Positions 1 through 11,298 are shown, counted from the stretch's first letter. The stretch: 64,000 bases of DNA from Camelus dromedarius (GCF_036321535.1 NC_087444.1:80290001-80354000); one strand, 5' to 3'. Numbers and translations: made by a program. The notes: generated by a model from the letters alone, not told the origin.

Positions 1-139
1 GATGTAATTAACGAAGTTGCCAATAGTTGACCTTTTTTTATCCACAAAGAAGTAATTTCCCATGATTTAAACTAACACAAACCTATTTTCAAGCCTAATA
101 TTAAGCTGTTAGTAATGTTTCCGTCCAAAAGTCAACAAT

Positions 140-500
140 CTAAGTTTCCACCTGAAGAAAATGAAGAAGAACAAATTATTTCAGCAGGATGTAGGAGTGG
201 AATGGTAATGATACAAGTAGAGATTCACAAAATACAGAAGAGACAATACAAAATGAGCAGAGCCGAAAGGTAGGTAGTTCTTTGAAAATATTAATATAAT
301 TGATAGCCCCCTAGCTACACTGACCAAGAGAGAGGGAGAAGGGTCTTAACCTCAATCATGAAAGAGGTGACATCACTCCAGACCCTGCAGGCAGTAAAAG
401 AATACAGGAATATTGTGAACAACTCTATGCCAATAAATCAGACCTCTCAGGTGAAATAGGCAAATTCCTTGAAAAACCAGTTTATCAAGCATTTGTTGGT
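140..500 (+). mobile_element. Old LINE-1 ORF2 fragment
   Basis: A-rich, with L1 ORF2-like segments (gaggtgacatcactccagaccctgcag...gaatattgtgaacaactctatgccaataaa); no intact ORF. Confidence 0.7.
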
Positions 501-1057
501 AATGCTAACCTAATACACACTGTATGCCAGCACCTCGAGGGCCAAGCTCCAGGCAGGGCTGGGCAGTAGTCCAGCAGGGTGTCAGGCAGCGCCGAGGGGG
601 CTCAGGTTTAAGGGAAGTGGGAAAGAATGGAAAGACTCCCAACTCTTCCCACAGCTCCAAGCTTTGATGTGGGAACTGGCCTTCGGTTGGAGACACAGTT
701 GGGCACCACCAGTTGGTGGCCATTTGGACTGGGAGGACAGAACTAGAAAATGCAGCCTCCAGACTGCCTCCCAGTTCAATCAAGATTAGTCTGGAGCTTC
801 AAGCTACCCTCCTGCCCACACCTGCTGGGGACTGGGCAGAGGCGACTGGGGAGTAGGAGGCAGCTTACTGGATAACAGCAGAAGGGAGTCTTGAAAAATG
901 TGGGCCAATCCTTGGCCTCCCCACCCCCACTCTCAGGATCCGACCCAGAGCCCGTCCACCTTCAGGACACAGGATCTCAGATCTCAGCCCTGGGACTCCA
1001 GCCCCCCTGTACCAGGGTGCCATTGCCCAAAGACACAATTTAATGTCTGTCTTCACA

Positions 1058-1063
1058 TTTATT
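1058..1063 (-). terminator. A1BG: A1BG polyadenylation signal AATAAA
   Basis: tttatt on the + strand, about 130 nt past the A1BG stop codon. Confidence 0.75.
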
Positions 1064-1193
1064 AATTCCTGGGATGAATGAAGGAGAGCCATCCACTTCT
1101 CCCACCAGGGAGAGTCCAGCTTCCAGCTGCAGCAAGAGGGATCAGAGTCAGACTGGAGAAAGGACTTCCCAAGGACACAGTCTGCAACTGGGA

Positions 1194-1201
1194 TCAGCTT
1201 C
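1194..1201 (-). CDS. A1BG: A1BG exon 8 coding part (GS-stop)
   Basis: ttgtctag|GA AGC TGA; an 8-nt terminal coding piece followed by AATAAA. Confidence 0.8.
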
Positions 1202-4200
1202 CTAGACAAATTTGACACAAGAGAAATGGTAGGGGAAGGAGGCTTCTTGTGCCCGCTTTCCTGGTGAATCAGGGCAGACCTCACTGAGATCCCCTCAGGA
1301 AGGAAGTGGCTTGGTCAGCTGCCCGCCAACCCTCCCACACACCCAGGCCCACTAACGAGGTTAGTGCTGGGAAGAGGTGCAGGGAAAGGGGACTCCTGGA
1401 GGAGGGCTCAGTCTGGGCAAAGCCTGGGAGCCGCAACCCAGCCCACTGAACTGAGCTCCCCTGGCCACCTGAAGCTTCACCTGCCACTTGGAGCTCCACC
1501 GGATCGCTGAGCTCAGACTGGAAAGGGTTGGGCCAGTAGGAGCGGTAGCGGCAGCTGTAGCTGCCGGTGTGTTGGGGGCCCACGTAGGTCAGCACAAGGT
1601 CAGCGGAGGGCTGGGCAGCCCACTGCCTTGTGGAAGGCTCCCCTTCACCCACCCGCAGCAGCTCGAAGGTGACGTCGGGCACCTCTCCCTCGCAGCGCAG
1701 GACAGCATCGCGGCCCGGAGTCACGGCCCCCCTCCACAGGGGCCGGAGCTGCGGCTTGGGCAACGGTCCTGGGCGAGCAGCCGGATGGGTCTGGTGAGGT
1801 CCCTCACCCCAGGCAGCAGCTGCCCAGCCCTGGCCGCCTGCCTGTTCCCCACTCCAGCCCAGGCTGCTGGCCTCACACTGGTCACTGCACTGGAACTGTG
1901 TGTCTCCGTCTCACCCCCTCCCCAGGACCTGTTGAGTCCCCAGGCCTGGGTCTGCCCTGTGACTTCCTGGGGTCCCCAGCGTCCCGCACTCAGGGTTAGG
2001 GTGAAGGTTAGGGACAGGACAGGACAGGTGAGGGGAAGGAAGACAGGATGCAGAGGGCTCAGCCCAGTCAGTGGTCTGGAGGTAGGACCTGTGCCCAGGG
2101 TCCTGACTGGTTTCTGCCCCCAGGACACGTGGGTGAGGAAATCAGGAACACATAGACCCCAGGGACAGCGGGGCTCCTGGAAAATTACACCTCCACTCTC
2201 CACCGTGGGGACGTGGGCCCCGGCAGGAGTTGGGGTCACAGTCTGACAGCGACCGACACGGGTGTCGCACAGGAAGACTAAGGCACTAGCCAGTGCAAAG
2301 CCATTAGGGATGTGAACCCTAAAATCTGGTCCAGCCTCCACGATCTCCACCAAAGCGCTACCCGCAGCCGACGTGCTCACGTCGATGGGAAATAAGCCGA
2401 AATGCAGGGCGCCCCCAGGACCCTGGGCGGCAGACCTCCTACTCCCCTAAGGAGCCGGCTCTGCGGGCAGGGCCGAGGCCCAGAGCGCTTTCCTTTGGCA
2501 TTCCTCCGGGACGGGCCGGCACCCTCGTTTTGCGCACAGGTGGAAGGAGGTTTCGGGCCGCCGGGCCTACCGCTCACCGTCCACGCGCAGCTCCACGCGG
2601 GCGCTGGGCGCGGAGCCCGCGAAGGGCGGCGCCGTGTCTGTGTAGATGCAGCTGTAGTTGGCGGAGTCGACCACAGAGACATCGTGCAGCTCAAAGTGGG
2701 CCTTGGTCCCCGCGGGGCTCAAGAGACTGTGCACCAGGCGCCTGCCCGCATTCTCGCGCACCAGGGCGAAGCGCACGCCGGTGCGGGGTGCCCAGCACTG
2801 CAGCTGCACCAGCGTGCCGGGCTTGGGGCTCAGAACCGCGGGCTCAGCCGATAGCTCCGGCGCTGGGAGCGTCCCTGCAGGGAGGACGTGGGCTAAGTCG
2901 GCTCCAGGGAAGGATCCAGCCTCGCAGCCCTTGGCCAGGCTGAGCCTTCTGCCAAAGAGTCTGCTCCCTCCCGGGCGGCCCGCCGGGACCGCCCGGCATA
3001 AGACTGAATCAGCCTCCCGACCTCCCGGTCCCTGTCCTCTGTGGACGCTCACACACACTCCTACACTGTTCCTTATTAATTTCAATGCCCATAAAAACAG
3101 ACAGGGATGAGGTTATGTCTGTCCAAAGAGCACCCGCACCCCCTATGATGGTCGGCATCCTCTCCTGGAGTTTACATCTCTGGTCTGAGTCCCTGGTGGG
3201 TCCTGCAACCCCAGCCTGGCCACCCTCAACAGAGAGCCCTCAGCGTCCACCCGGACCCCGAAGGCAGGAGGGGGCCCTGGGCAGGTAATGCCTGCATGGC
3301 CCAGGTCAGATTTGCATATTGACCTGACTATTCATTGTGGGGCCAAGAGGCTAGGCTCATTGTTCCATCCTCAGCTGGGGAAACTGAGGCCTGGCAGATG
3401 AGCCGGGATTTAGCTCTGCAGTAACAGACCCTTCCCTGCTCTCTCCTCTGGCTGCCGCCTTCCCAGCCCCGCTACCACATTCCCCAGGCTCACCGTCACT
3501 CAGAACCAGCTCAGCCGGCGCGCTGTCCAAGGACCAGGGCATTAGCTCACCATGCAGCCGGTAGCGACAGGTGTAGACATGGCTATCCCCCAGGGCCAGC
3601 TTGTCCAGGTGGAAGAAGATACGGTCTGGGCTGGTACTGGACATGAGTACCTGCAGCACCTCCTCACCCCGCCGCAGCTGGAAGTCCACACCGCTCAGGG
3701 GCGCCACACAGGTGAGGGTTGCGGGCGAGCCCGGGCGCAGGACCTCAGAGGACTCCCTTTCGAGAGTCAGCGTGGGTGGTGGCAGCCTGGCTGCAAGTCA
3801 GGGAGGGTCACTGGAGGGGCCAGAGTCCCAGACACCCCTGCTGTGGGGCCATTCCTTAAAAAAGCTGCAGTCAGCCCAGCCTCCAGACCTTTGCCCCAGG
3901 AACACCCTTCCTTCTGGCAAACGCCAGGCAATTGTGTGGCCCCTGTTTCCAAACCCAGTCCTGGGCAGGGGTATTAGGAGTTTGGGGTCAGGGTAAATGC
4001 AGCTCTGTCCTCCAGGAGCCTCCTCCCCCAGGAAGCCCTCTGGGATGGCCCCCACACTCACCCAGCTCCTCTATGGTCACAGTGGCACTGGGTTCAGAGA
4101 GGGCACCTGCTGCATGGATCCGGTAGCTGCAGCTGTAGTTGCCAGCCCGGTGGACTGAGAAGGTTGCCTGCATAGCCTTTGGGGCCTCAGCCACCTCCAG

Positions 4201-5274
4201 AAACTGGTCATCGCCTTCCCGCCTCAGCAGGAAGGTTACACCCCGAAGCCCCCCAAGGCAGAGCAGTGTCGTGTTCAGGCCCATTGTGATCCAGGAGACC
4301 GTCTCGGTTGAGAGCAAGGGTGGGGGCAGGGGCTCTGCGGGTGGAGCACAGGTCATGTGTGGTTCTGCACGCCTTGGGAGATGTGGGGGTCCAGCCAGAC
4401 CTGGATCTCCACACTCCTAGAAATGTGAGGGAGCCAGGAGATGGAGGCAGGGACAGGCCGAGACGGGGGACTACAAGAGGAGACATGTTCAGGGCCCTAC
4501 TGTGCCCCAGGCCTGCCCTAAGCACTTCCTAGGGATTCAGACACTTACTCTTCACGACCTTCTAGGGTCAGTACAAACATCCTCATTTTACTGATGGGGC
4601 AGTTGAGGCTCAGAGATGTCACCTGACTTGCCCAAGGCCACCAGCTACTCCGGGAGTGGGGCAGGAGGAGGACAAGGAGACTGATGAGTGGAGGACAGGA
4701 GGCCTCTCCAGCAGCCTCTCCCCTGACTGGCCAGGCCAGTTAGCGCTCCACTCACCTGTTCCAGTCAACTCCACCAGGTTGCTGAGCCCCATCCACCCGC
4801 CATCTGTGCTGTAGCGGCATCGGTAGAGGCCCCGGGTGTCATTGATTACTGCTCCTAGTAGGAACCGGTGCTCAAAGGCAGGTGAGTCCAGGCGCACTGG
4901 CTCCTGGGGCACCCCATCCTTGAACAGCTGGAACTCCTGTGTCCTCAGGACGCTCTGGCATGTCAGTGTCACAATGGCCCCAGGTTTCAGCAGGGACTCA
5001 GCCTCTGCCCATAGGTTGGCCCTTGTGTCAACTGCACGAGTGGGGACAGTGGTCAGCTGGGCGCCCAAACAGGGCCTCACCCTGCAGTGTCCACCACACC
5101 CGGGCCAGCCCACTTACTTAGGACTGCCTCCTCCGTCACTCTGCCCAGGGCGAGGCCTGCGGAGACCCACCTGTGAGATCCCATGCTGTTCCTTCCTGCC
5201 CCCATCCTACCCCCGGGGGGCCCCAGACCTGACGCCTCACCCCAGAGCAGCAGGAAAGCAGCCCGTGTGGACAT
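1194..5274 (-). CDS. A1BG: Alpha-1B-glycoprotein: signal peptide plus five Ig-like domains, 503 aa
   Basis: complement(join(1194..1201,1481..1768,2578..2874,3494..3790,4062..4334,4756..5031,5118..5156,5241..5274)) = 1512 nt. All introns are GT-AG and phase 1, with 2 Cys per Ig exon. Motifs LWAEAESLLKP, VAPLSGVDFQLRRG, SSTSPDRIFFHL, GRDAVLRCEG and SELSDPVEL match A1BG as I recall it. Confidence 0.96.
1481..1768 (-). CDS. A1BG: A1BG exon 7, Ig domain 5
   Basis: cccag| to G|GTGAAG; 288 nt; LRCEG...YSCRY. Confidence 0.93.
2578..2874 (-). CDS. A1BG: A1BG exon 6, Ig domain 4
   Basis: ctgcag| to G|GTGAG; 297 nt; LQCWAP...ANYSCIY. Confidence 0.93.
3494..3790 (-). CDS. A1BG: A1BG exon 5, Ig domain 3
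   Basis: ttgcag| to G|GTGAG; 297 nt; LTCVAPLSGVDF...YTCRY. Confidence 0.93.
4062..4334 (-). CDS. A1BG: A1BG exon 4, Ig domain 2
   Basis: ccgcag| to G|GTGAG; 273 nt; LLCLG...GNYSCSY. Confidence 0.93.
4565..4650 (+). mobile_element. MIR SINE fragment
   Basis: catcctcattttactgatggggcagttgaggctcagagatgtcacctgacttgcccaagg matches the MIR core. Confidence 0.65.
4756..5031 (-). CDS. A1BG: A1BG exon 3, Ig domain 1
   Basis: gtgcag| to G|GTGAG; 276 nt; LTCQ...YRCRY. Confidence 0.93.
5118..5156 (-). CDS. A1BG: A1BG exon 2 (GLALGRVTEEAVL)
   Basis: ctccgcag| acceptor and A|GTAAGT donor; 39 nt. Confidence 0.85.
5241..5274 (-). CDS. A1BG: A1BG exon 1 (MSTRAAFLLLW)
   Basis: ATG at 5274, donor G|GTGAGG at 5240. 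Confidence 0.92.
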
Positions 5275-5299
5275 AGTCAGCCTCACTTCAGCCCCAGGA

Positions 5300-5450
5300 G
5301 TGTCTGTCCGGTTATAAGGCTGAGGTGGGGGGGCGGCGCCGGCCACTGACCTCTCTGTTTGTTTGTCCTTCCCGGAAAGTGGGCCTGCAGGGGGTCAGGA
5401 CAAAGGGCGAGCCACGGCCTCAGGAGTCTCCATTACAGTAATCAATAACT
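5300..5450 (-). promoter_or_regulatory. A1BG: A1BG proximal liver-type promoter
   Basis: TATAA 5312-5317 (about 40 nt upstream of the ATG); FOXA-type TGTTTGTTTG 5356-5365; STAT site TTCCCGGAA 5369-5377; DR1/HNF4-like AGGACAAAGGGCG 5397-5409; HNF1-like GTTATTGATTAC 5438-5449 (- strand). Confidence 0.65.
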
Positions 5451-6040
5451 GCATATGAATAAACTAAGTTAATAATAAAGAATAAAAATAACTGAATGAT
5501 CTAATGAAGCAAACAATAACAAATGAAGACAATTGACAATAAATAATAAAATGATTTAGGTAAAAAAATAAGTACAATTTCAAAAAATAAAATGAATACT
5601 AAAACAGGTAATATAATAAATAATAACAAATAAACTTAAGCAATAGAATGGAATCATAGTTACCCGTAAATAAGATGATTAAAGTGAAAATAATAAATTA
5701 CTTCATAGTGAAATGATAAAACACTAAATATTAAAAATAAATAATACAATGAATGACAAACTAATAGTAAACTAAAATAATAAATATTAGGAACAGTATA
5801 GTAAATAACAAATACATTAAAGTAATAAATATTTAAATTGCTTATAAATAATAATTAATAATTGATGATAAAATAATAATAGGAGGACGGGCATAGCTCA
5901 GTGGTAGAGTGTGTGCCTAGCACGCACGAGTTTCGGAGTTCAGTCCCAGTACCGCCAATAAAAATAAATAAAAACCTAATTACCTCCCCCCAAAAAATAA
6001 TAAAAATAATTAAAAATAACAATAAATAAAATAATAAAAT
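5440..6040. repeat. A-rich low-complexity tract (degenerate AATAA units) containing a SINE
   Basis: About 600 bp of mostly A/T, A-biased on the + strand, in a GC-rich neighbourhood. Confidence 0.85.
5881..6000 (+). mobile_element. tRNA-derived SINE (camelid Vic-1-like)
   Basis: A box tagctcagtggtagag, degenerate B box ggagttcagtccc, and the tail aataaaaacctaattacctccccc. Confidence 0.85.
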
Positions 6041-6559
6041 TGAGGCACCCACTGCTGTGGCGTTCACAGTGTCCTGCTCGTGGACATGGACAACAGGTGG
6101 TGTGACTGTCACTCCCGTGTTAGGTGGGAAGGAAGGGAGCCTCAACTGCGCATTTACACCGTGGGCAGCAGGAAGGAGGGGGTAATAGGAGTTTTTTAAC
6201 CCAAGAGGGGCTGCTTCTGCTAGGGAGGGAGGTTGAGGATGACCTTGGGGGTTTGAAGGAGTCTCACCTTCACAGCTACAGATCCATCAAATTCTTTTTT
6301 CTACCAATAAGCAAGGACCATGTGAATCCCCTCATTTTTGCTTGATGGGGACAACAGTACACCTTCCCAACTCGCCTCAAAACTGGCAGCTCAACTTCCT
6401 TATCCTGTCGCTATCCTGACCTCCCCCAGAACATTACACACACCCCTTGGAAGACAGAGAGCACCGGGTAGCAGAGACACTCAGTGATGAAGTGAGTCCG
6501 ATGTGTCCTCCTTGGTGGAGGGCCTCGGGATGGCGAGCCTGTCAGGACACCCCTTCGAA

Positions 6560-7140
6560 GGAGAAGACCAGCTGCTGCAGCCAGCACTGTCCGCCAGCCA
6601 GAGAGAGAAGTGGACTCTCTGAAGGAACCACAGAGGCCCGGATTCTGGACACAGCATATCCGCCTCAGTGTGCTGCTCCAATCCACTCACCAGCTGCAGT
6701 TAGGGGTGAGGGTGAGCGGCGCAGAACGAGGGGAGTCCATGTGGCAGGTCCTGATGCAAAGCAGGCTGCCCTCCACTTGGGCCCTACTTCCCGGAGGACC
6801 CAGCGGTGCCACTGAACAGTCCCCATGTGCCTGGCAGTGAGGCTGCTGTGTTGAGCCTCTGATGAACCCAAACAACATAATGCAGGACCCAAGGTTTTCA
6901 GGGCAAAGGTGTCTCTCCTGCACCCTCCTCTCAAGTTCCAGCAACAGCCACGGTGGCCTTCTCAGAGTCCAAGATCCTCGGCTCTGGTAAGCCCCATCCC
7001 TTTTGTACACCCAGCCCTGGAGGTGGAGCTGCTCTTCTTGTGAATCTCTGGATTCTTGTGATTCTGCATATTCTTTCAGTCTAATAAAGCCAAGTAGACA
7101 ATTCTCTTAAAATACCTAGTGAGGGTCACTTATTTGACTG
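6560..7140 (+). mobile_element. Possible ancient LTR (ERVL/MaLR type)
   Basis: AATAAA at 7083 followed by a U5-like end; family not determined. Confidence 0.35.
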
Positions 7141-8775
7141 CCCCTTGCCCGAGCCAGCCCCTTCTGTCCCATGTCCCACCCATCACACAGGCCACATGCT
7201 CCAGCCCACCTGGTCGGGGCGATGTGCTGGTGTGCAGGTCACTGGAGCTGTCTACATCAGCCTTGTCTCCCGTCACCCGCCGCCAGCCCCAGGCCTCCCA
7301 GCTCCGCCGCCGGGGTGCAGGTGGAGGAGCACCTGCAAAGTGCCAGGTGTAGCACCTGGTGCTCAGTGATCCTTGCTACCATCCTACTCCCCTGCCAGGC
7401 AGCTACGTGGGACCTCAGGGCTGAGTCCTCAGGCTAATCCTGGTCCTCTGTGGGGCTCCACTCGGGAGGCGGGATGAGAAGTGACTTGCTGAGCTAGGAA
7501 GGCAGGGTTGGAGCTCCATGCCTTCCCTCTCCCTGCTGCTCTCTCAAGCTCCTGCTGGAGCTGCTGATCTTGGCCAAGGAGACCTCGAAGAAGGAGGAAG
7601 TACAGCACGCCCAGCCGCGCAAGGAAGGTCCCTGATGTGGGGGTGGGGGAGCAAGACTGAGAAACACACAGACCCCAGGGGGTACCCTGGAGCAGGCCCC
7701 AACAGTTCCGACCTGGGAAGAGAGAAGGGGTGAGGGGGCGATGCCAGCGACGTGGTCTTGGGCAGAGTGAGCATGCGGGGGCTGGTTCCCCCACCAGACA
7801 CAGATGCCCCCGCACACCTTCCAGAGCGGGTAGAGCAGGTGGCTGCCCTCAGCGAGGGCAGTGCTGTGGCAGCAGCCCAGGGGCGGGGGGTGGATGCAGA
7901 GAAAGTTGTCCAGGGTGGAGAGCGGGGCAGGTTGTCGGCTCCGCCCTCGCCCCCACCCACCACTGCTTCCCAGAGCCCGGAAACTGCTCTGGCCCAGCGC
8001 ATGGCAATTCCCAGACCCACTCCTTCCTGGGGAGGCGAACGCCAGCCCTGCTCCCGGAGGATCGGCCCCTCCCCCGGCCAGCATCGAATCCCTCAGGCGG
8101 TCTTGCCTGGACTGTTTTTCCTGAAGTGAGTCAGTCCTGCTTACTCAACGAGCGCAGGACGCGTGGACTGTGCCAGCCCAAGGTGTGTGGACGCGATGCC
8201 GCGTCTATAAGGAACCTGAAGTGTTTCAGGCTGCTGGGATTTATCTTTTAGAAACGGACTCTCAGCCCCAACTGTGGAGGAAGGAATGGGGGTACAGGCA
8301 GCAGCTGAGAGCTGAGCATGCTGGGACCCCCCCCCCAACACACACACATCCTCTCCTTTGCCCACCAGAGTCCTCAGAGCAAATCGTCTGACCTTCTGGC
8401 TCTTGGCTGAAGACAAAAAGTCCTGTGTAACCTCGAATCCAGAGGTGGAGGGGAGGGGTCTCATCTAGCCCTCGTTCCTGGGGAGCCTGCAATTCTCGCC
8501 CGTCTCTGCACAGCTTCCAGGACCGAAATTCACCGCCTTCAGCCTGTGAGCCACCTCCCCGCCACACGTGTCCACAGCCAGGCCCCAGGGGGTCACCACT
8601 GGGGCTGCCTTCTTAGGGACCGTTTTTTCAGCCGTGATCTTCTGCACCCGTGGCCGCTGCGCCAACTCTCCCAGCACGTGAAGCCCACCCAAGCTGGCCT
8701 GCAGACGGCTCATCCCCATACATTGGTGGCCGGGTCTCGAGCTGCACGGGCCACCAAACTGACCCGCCCTCTCCC

Positions 8776-9857
8776 TCAGGGCGCAGCGCTGCCCGCGTGC
8801 CGCTTCTGATGCTTGTTGAGGTTGGAGCGGTGGTTGAAGGCGCGGCCGCACCGGCTGTAGGCGTAAGGCCGCTCCCTGGTGTGCGTACGCCGGTGGCTCA
8901 CCAGCTCCGAGTTGTGCACGAAGGCTTTGCTGCAGTGGATGCAGACGAAGGGTTTCTCGCCGGAGTGCGGGCGCTGGTGCTGGCGCAGCTCGGAGCTGCC
9001 GCGGTCGGCGCACGCGAGGAGCCGCTCACCAGTGTGAGCACGCCGGTGGTGCGCCAGGCCCGAGGTGCCCCTGAAGGCCTTGCCGCACTGGGCGCACTGG
9101 AAGGGCCGCTCACCTGTGTGCGTGCGCTGGTGCTGCAGGAGCTGCGAGCTCTCAAGGAACCTCTTGCCGTAGTCGGTGCAGGCGAAGGGCTTCTGGCCGC
9201 TGTGTGTGTGCCGGTGCTGCTGCAGGCCGGCCGCGCGCAGGAAGACCTTGCCACAGTCGGGGCAAGCGTGCACCCGCGCGCCTGCGTGGATCTTCAGGTG
9301 CTCGGCCAGCTTGGAACTCTCGCTGAAGGCCTCTTCGCAGTCCGGGCACTCGTAGGGCCTCTCGCCCGTGTGGATACGACGGTGCTGGCTGAGGTTGGAG
9401 CTCCAGGCGAAGGCCTTGCCGCACTCTGTGCGCGTGTAGGGCTTCTCTCCCGTGTGCACGCGCCGGCGCTGCTGCGGGTAGGAGCTCTGGCTGAAGGTCT
9501 TGCCACACTCGCCACACCAGCAGCCCCGCTCCCCCGGGAGAGGCAAGGGGAAGGGCAACAGGTCATCGGGGATGCGGCTGGGCCTGGCCCCGTCGATCCT
9601 GCAGTCTGCGGGCTCCAGCTTCCCTCCCAGGGCCCCTCGGTCTGCTGTCGCCCCTAGCGTGGCATGCTGCGGAGTGTCCTCTGCCTCCCGCAGGGCCTCT
9701 GCGGACTCTTCCCAGGCCCCCAGGCCTCCAGAAGCTGCCCCCGCGGAGGGTTTTGTGGTGTCAGTCTTCAGCAAACTCTCGGGGACATCGCCTTCCCCTG
9801 GAGCCACCTGCCGGGCGTGTTGACTTGGGGTCCCCACCTCGCCTCTGGGATTTGAAA
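8776..9857 (-). pseudogene. ZNF497: ZNF497 final (C2H2) exon: reading frame open but start lost and fingers degenerate
   Basis: Acceptor tttctctctccag| at 9858. The 353-codon ORF begins with GTG and has no Met. Nine finger units; the ending NLNKHQKRHAGSAAP and fingers such as GKAFAWSSNLSQH, LAEHLKIHAG and ESSQLLQHQRTH match ZNF497. Confidence 0.8.
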
Positions 9858-11298
9858 CTGGAGAGAGAAAAAGCTAAGCCTGAGACAACCCAAAGACCCA
9901 TAGGGAGAGGGGCAGAGGGGCCTGGTGGTCTCAGGAAGGGTGTGACTGCCGCTGCTATGAGGCAGGGGCCACTGGACAGAGGCATGGCCGGCCATCACCC
10001 CCACCTTTCTCTGAGCTGGCCTTGGACAGCCCTGTCCTCTCCTCAGCCTAGAACAGAAAACGTGGTAGGTGGGGCCGCAGATGTTCAGACTTCCTGGGTA
10101 GAGGCAGTGTCTGAGGCAACTCTGAGTCAGACCCTAATCCTGCTGGGTGTGGGTAGCCTGGGCCTGTGACTGAGGGACCCTGGGAGACCTCGGTGTCTGC
10201 CTGGCCTGTGCCATTCACACAGCCCCTCACCAGACTGGGCAGAAGGGTGCTGGGGGTGGGGGTGCCAACACTGTGGAAAGACTCAGAAGCTGCCCACTTC
10301 ACCTGTGCCAGCCTTGCTTAGGGCCTGGGGCTCCATCTCAGCACAGGGCAGGTCCAGGGCCTTACTCTCATCCCCCGGCTCCACCTTGGGGTCGCCAGGC
10401 ATCAGGTTGGTTGGGACACCTGTTTGTGAGGATGAAGGTGGACCTGGCCATTTATGGAAACATTGGATATGAACTGCCCTCCCCCAAGAGGCTCGAGGTG
10501 ATCACTGTGCCCATCTTCCTTGGTCACCTTACCCCAGCCCTGAACCCTCAGCAGCCCCTGCCACCCAACAGGCAGCCTGGCCAGAGATGGAGGAATCTCA
10601 GTGGCTGCCAGGCAATGTTAGGCCACTTTGGGCCTCTGTTTGGGTCCAGCCAGGCTGACCCAGCTGCCTGAACCCAGGATGTGGGGCAGCCATGGGGCAG
10701 CTGTGTAGCCAGATCCCTTGGGACACAAGCCAAGGGTGGGGGTGGGGAGGCCACACCTCCAGTTCGTCTCGCAGCTGGCAGAGCCCTCCCCACTTGCCCC
10801 TGACCTCCCTTTTGTGGAGCCCCAAGCCCAGCCAGCTGGCTCATTCTGCTTACATTGGAGCCATTAAAGATCCCAGAGGTTCCAGTCCATTCACTTCTGG
10901 GCCTAGCCTCCAGGGACACCTGACATTCCCAGGCTGGTGGATGCTGTACCTGGAACAGGGGCCCAGAAAGGGTTTGGACACACCTCCTGCTCCTCTCCCT
11001 GCTCCGTCTTGGGGACCAGCACCTCCTGTGGCCAGGGGGCTGGGACCTGGGGACAGGAAGACAGGCAAGGCAGGCCGAGTGTTGGGCCCTGTAGCTCCAT
11101 GGAGGAAAAGAGGGGCAGGTGGTGGTGCCCTCCATCTTTCTGGGTGCCCACCCCCACCTCCCCACGCTCTGAGGACAAACACAGGTTAGCATCTGTCAGA
11201 CTCTGAGCTGAGACACAAAGCTCTCACCGTCACTCCCCACCAGCACCCCTGCCACACCAGTCCGGGCAGGGCTTTGAGCCAGGCTGGGCAGCCCTCAC

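Noticed and set aside
1488-2246. 252-aa + strand ORF
   Set aside because: Antisense shadow of A1BG exon 7 and GC-rich intron; no recognisable domain or splice context
8465-9517. Alternative-frame - strand ORFs (182, 118 and 121 aa)
   Set aside because: Off-frame reads of the zinc-finger repeats
8650-9657. 335-aa + strand ORF
   Set aside because: The usual antisense ORF of a GC-rich C2H2 array (ZNF497)
10530-10680. Possible KRAB-A remnant (WLDPNRG followed by a G|GTAAGG donor) between the SCAN exon and ZNF497
   Set aside because: Only a few residues match; cannot be supported without an HMM search
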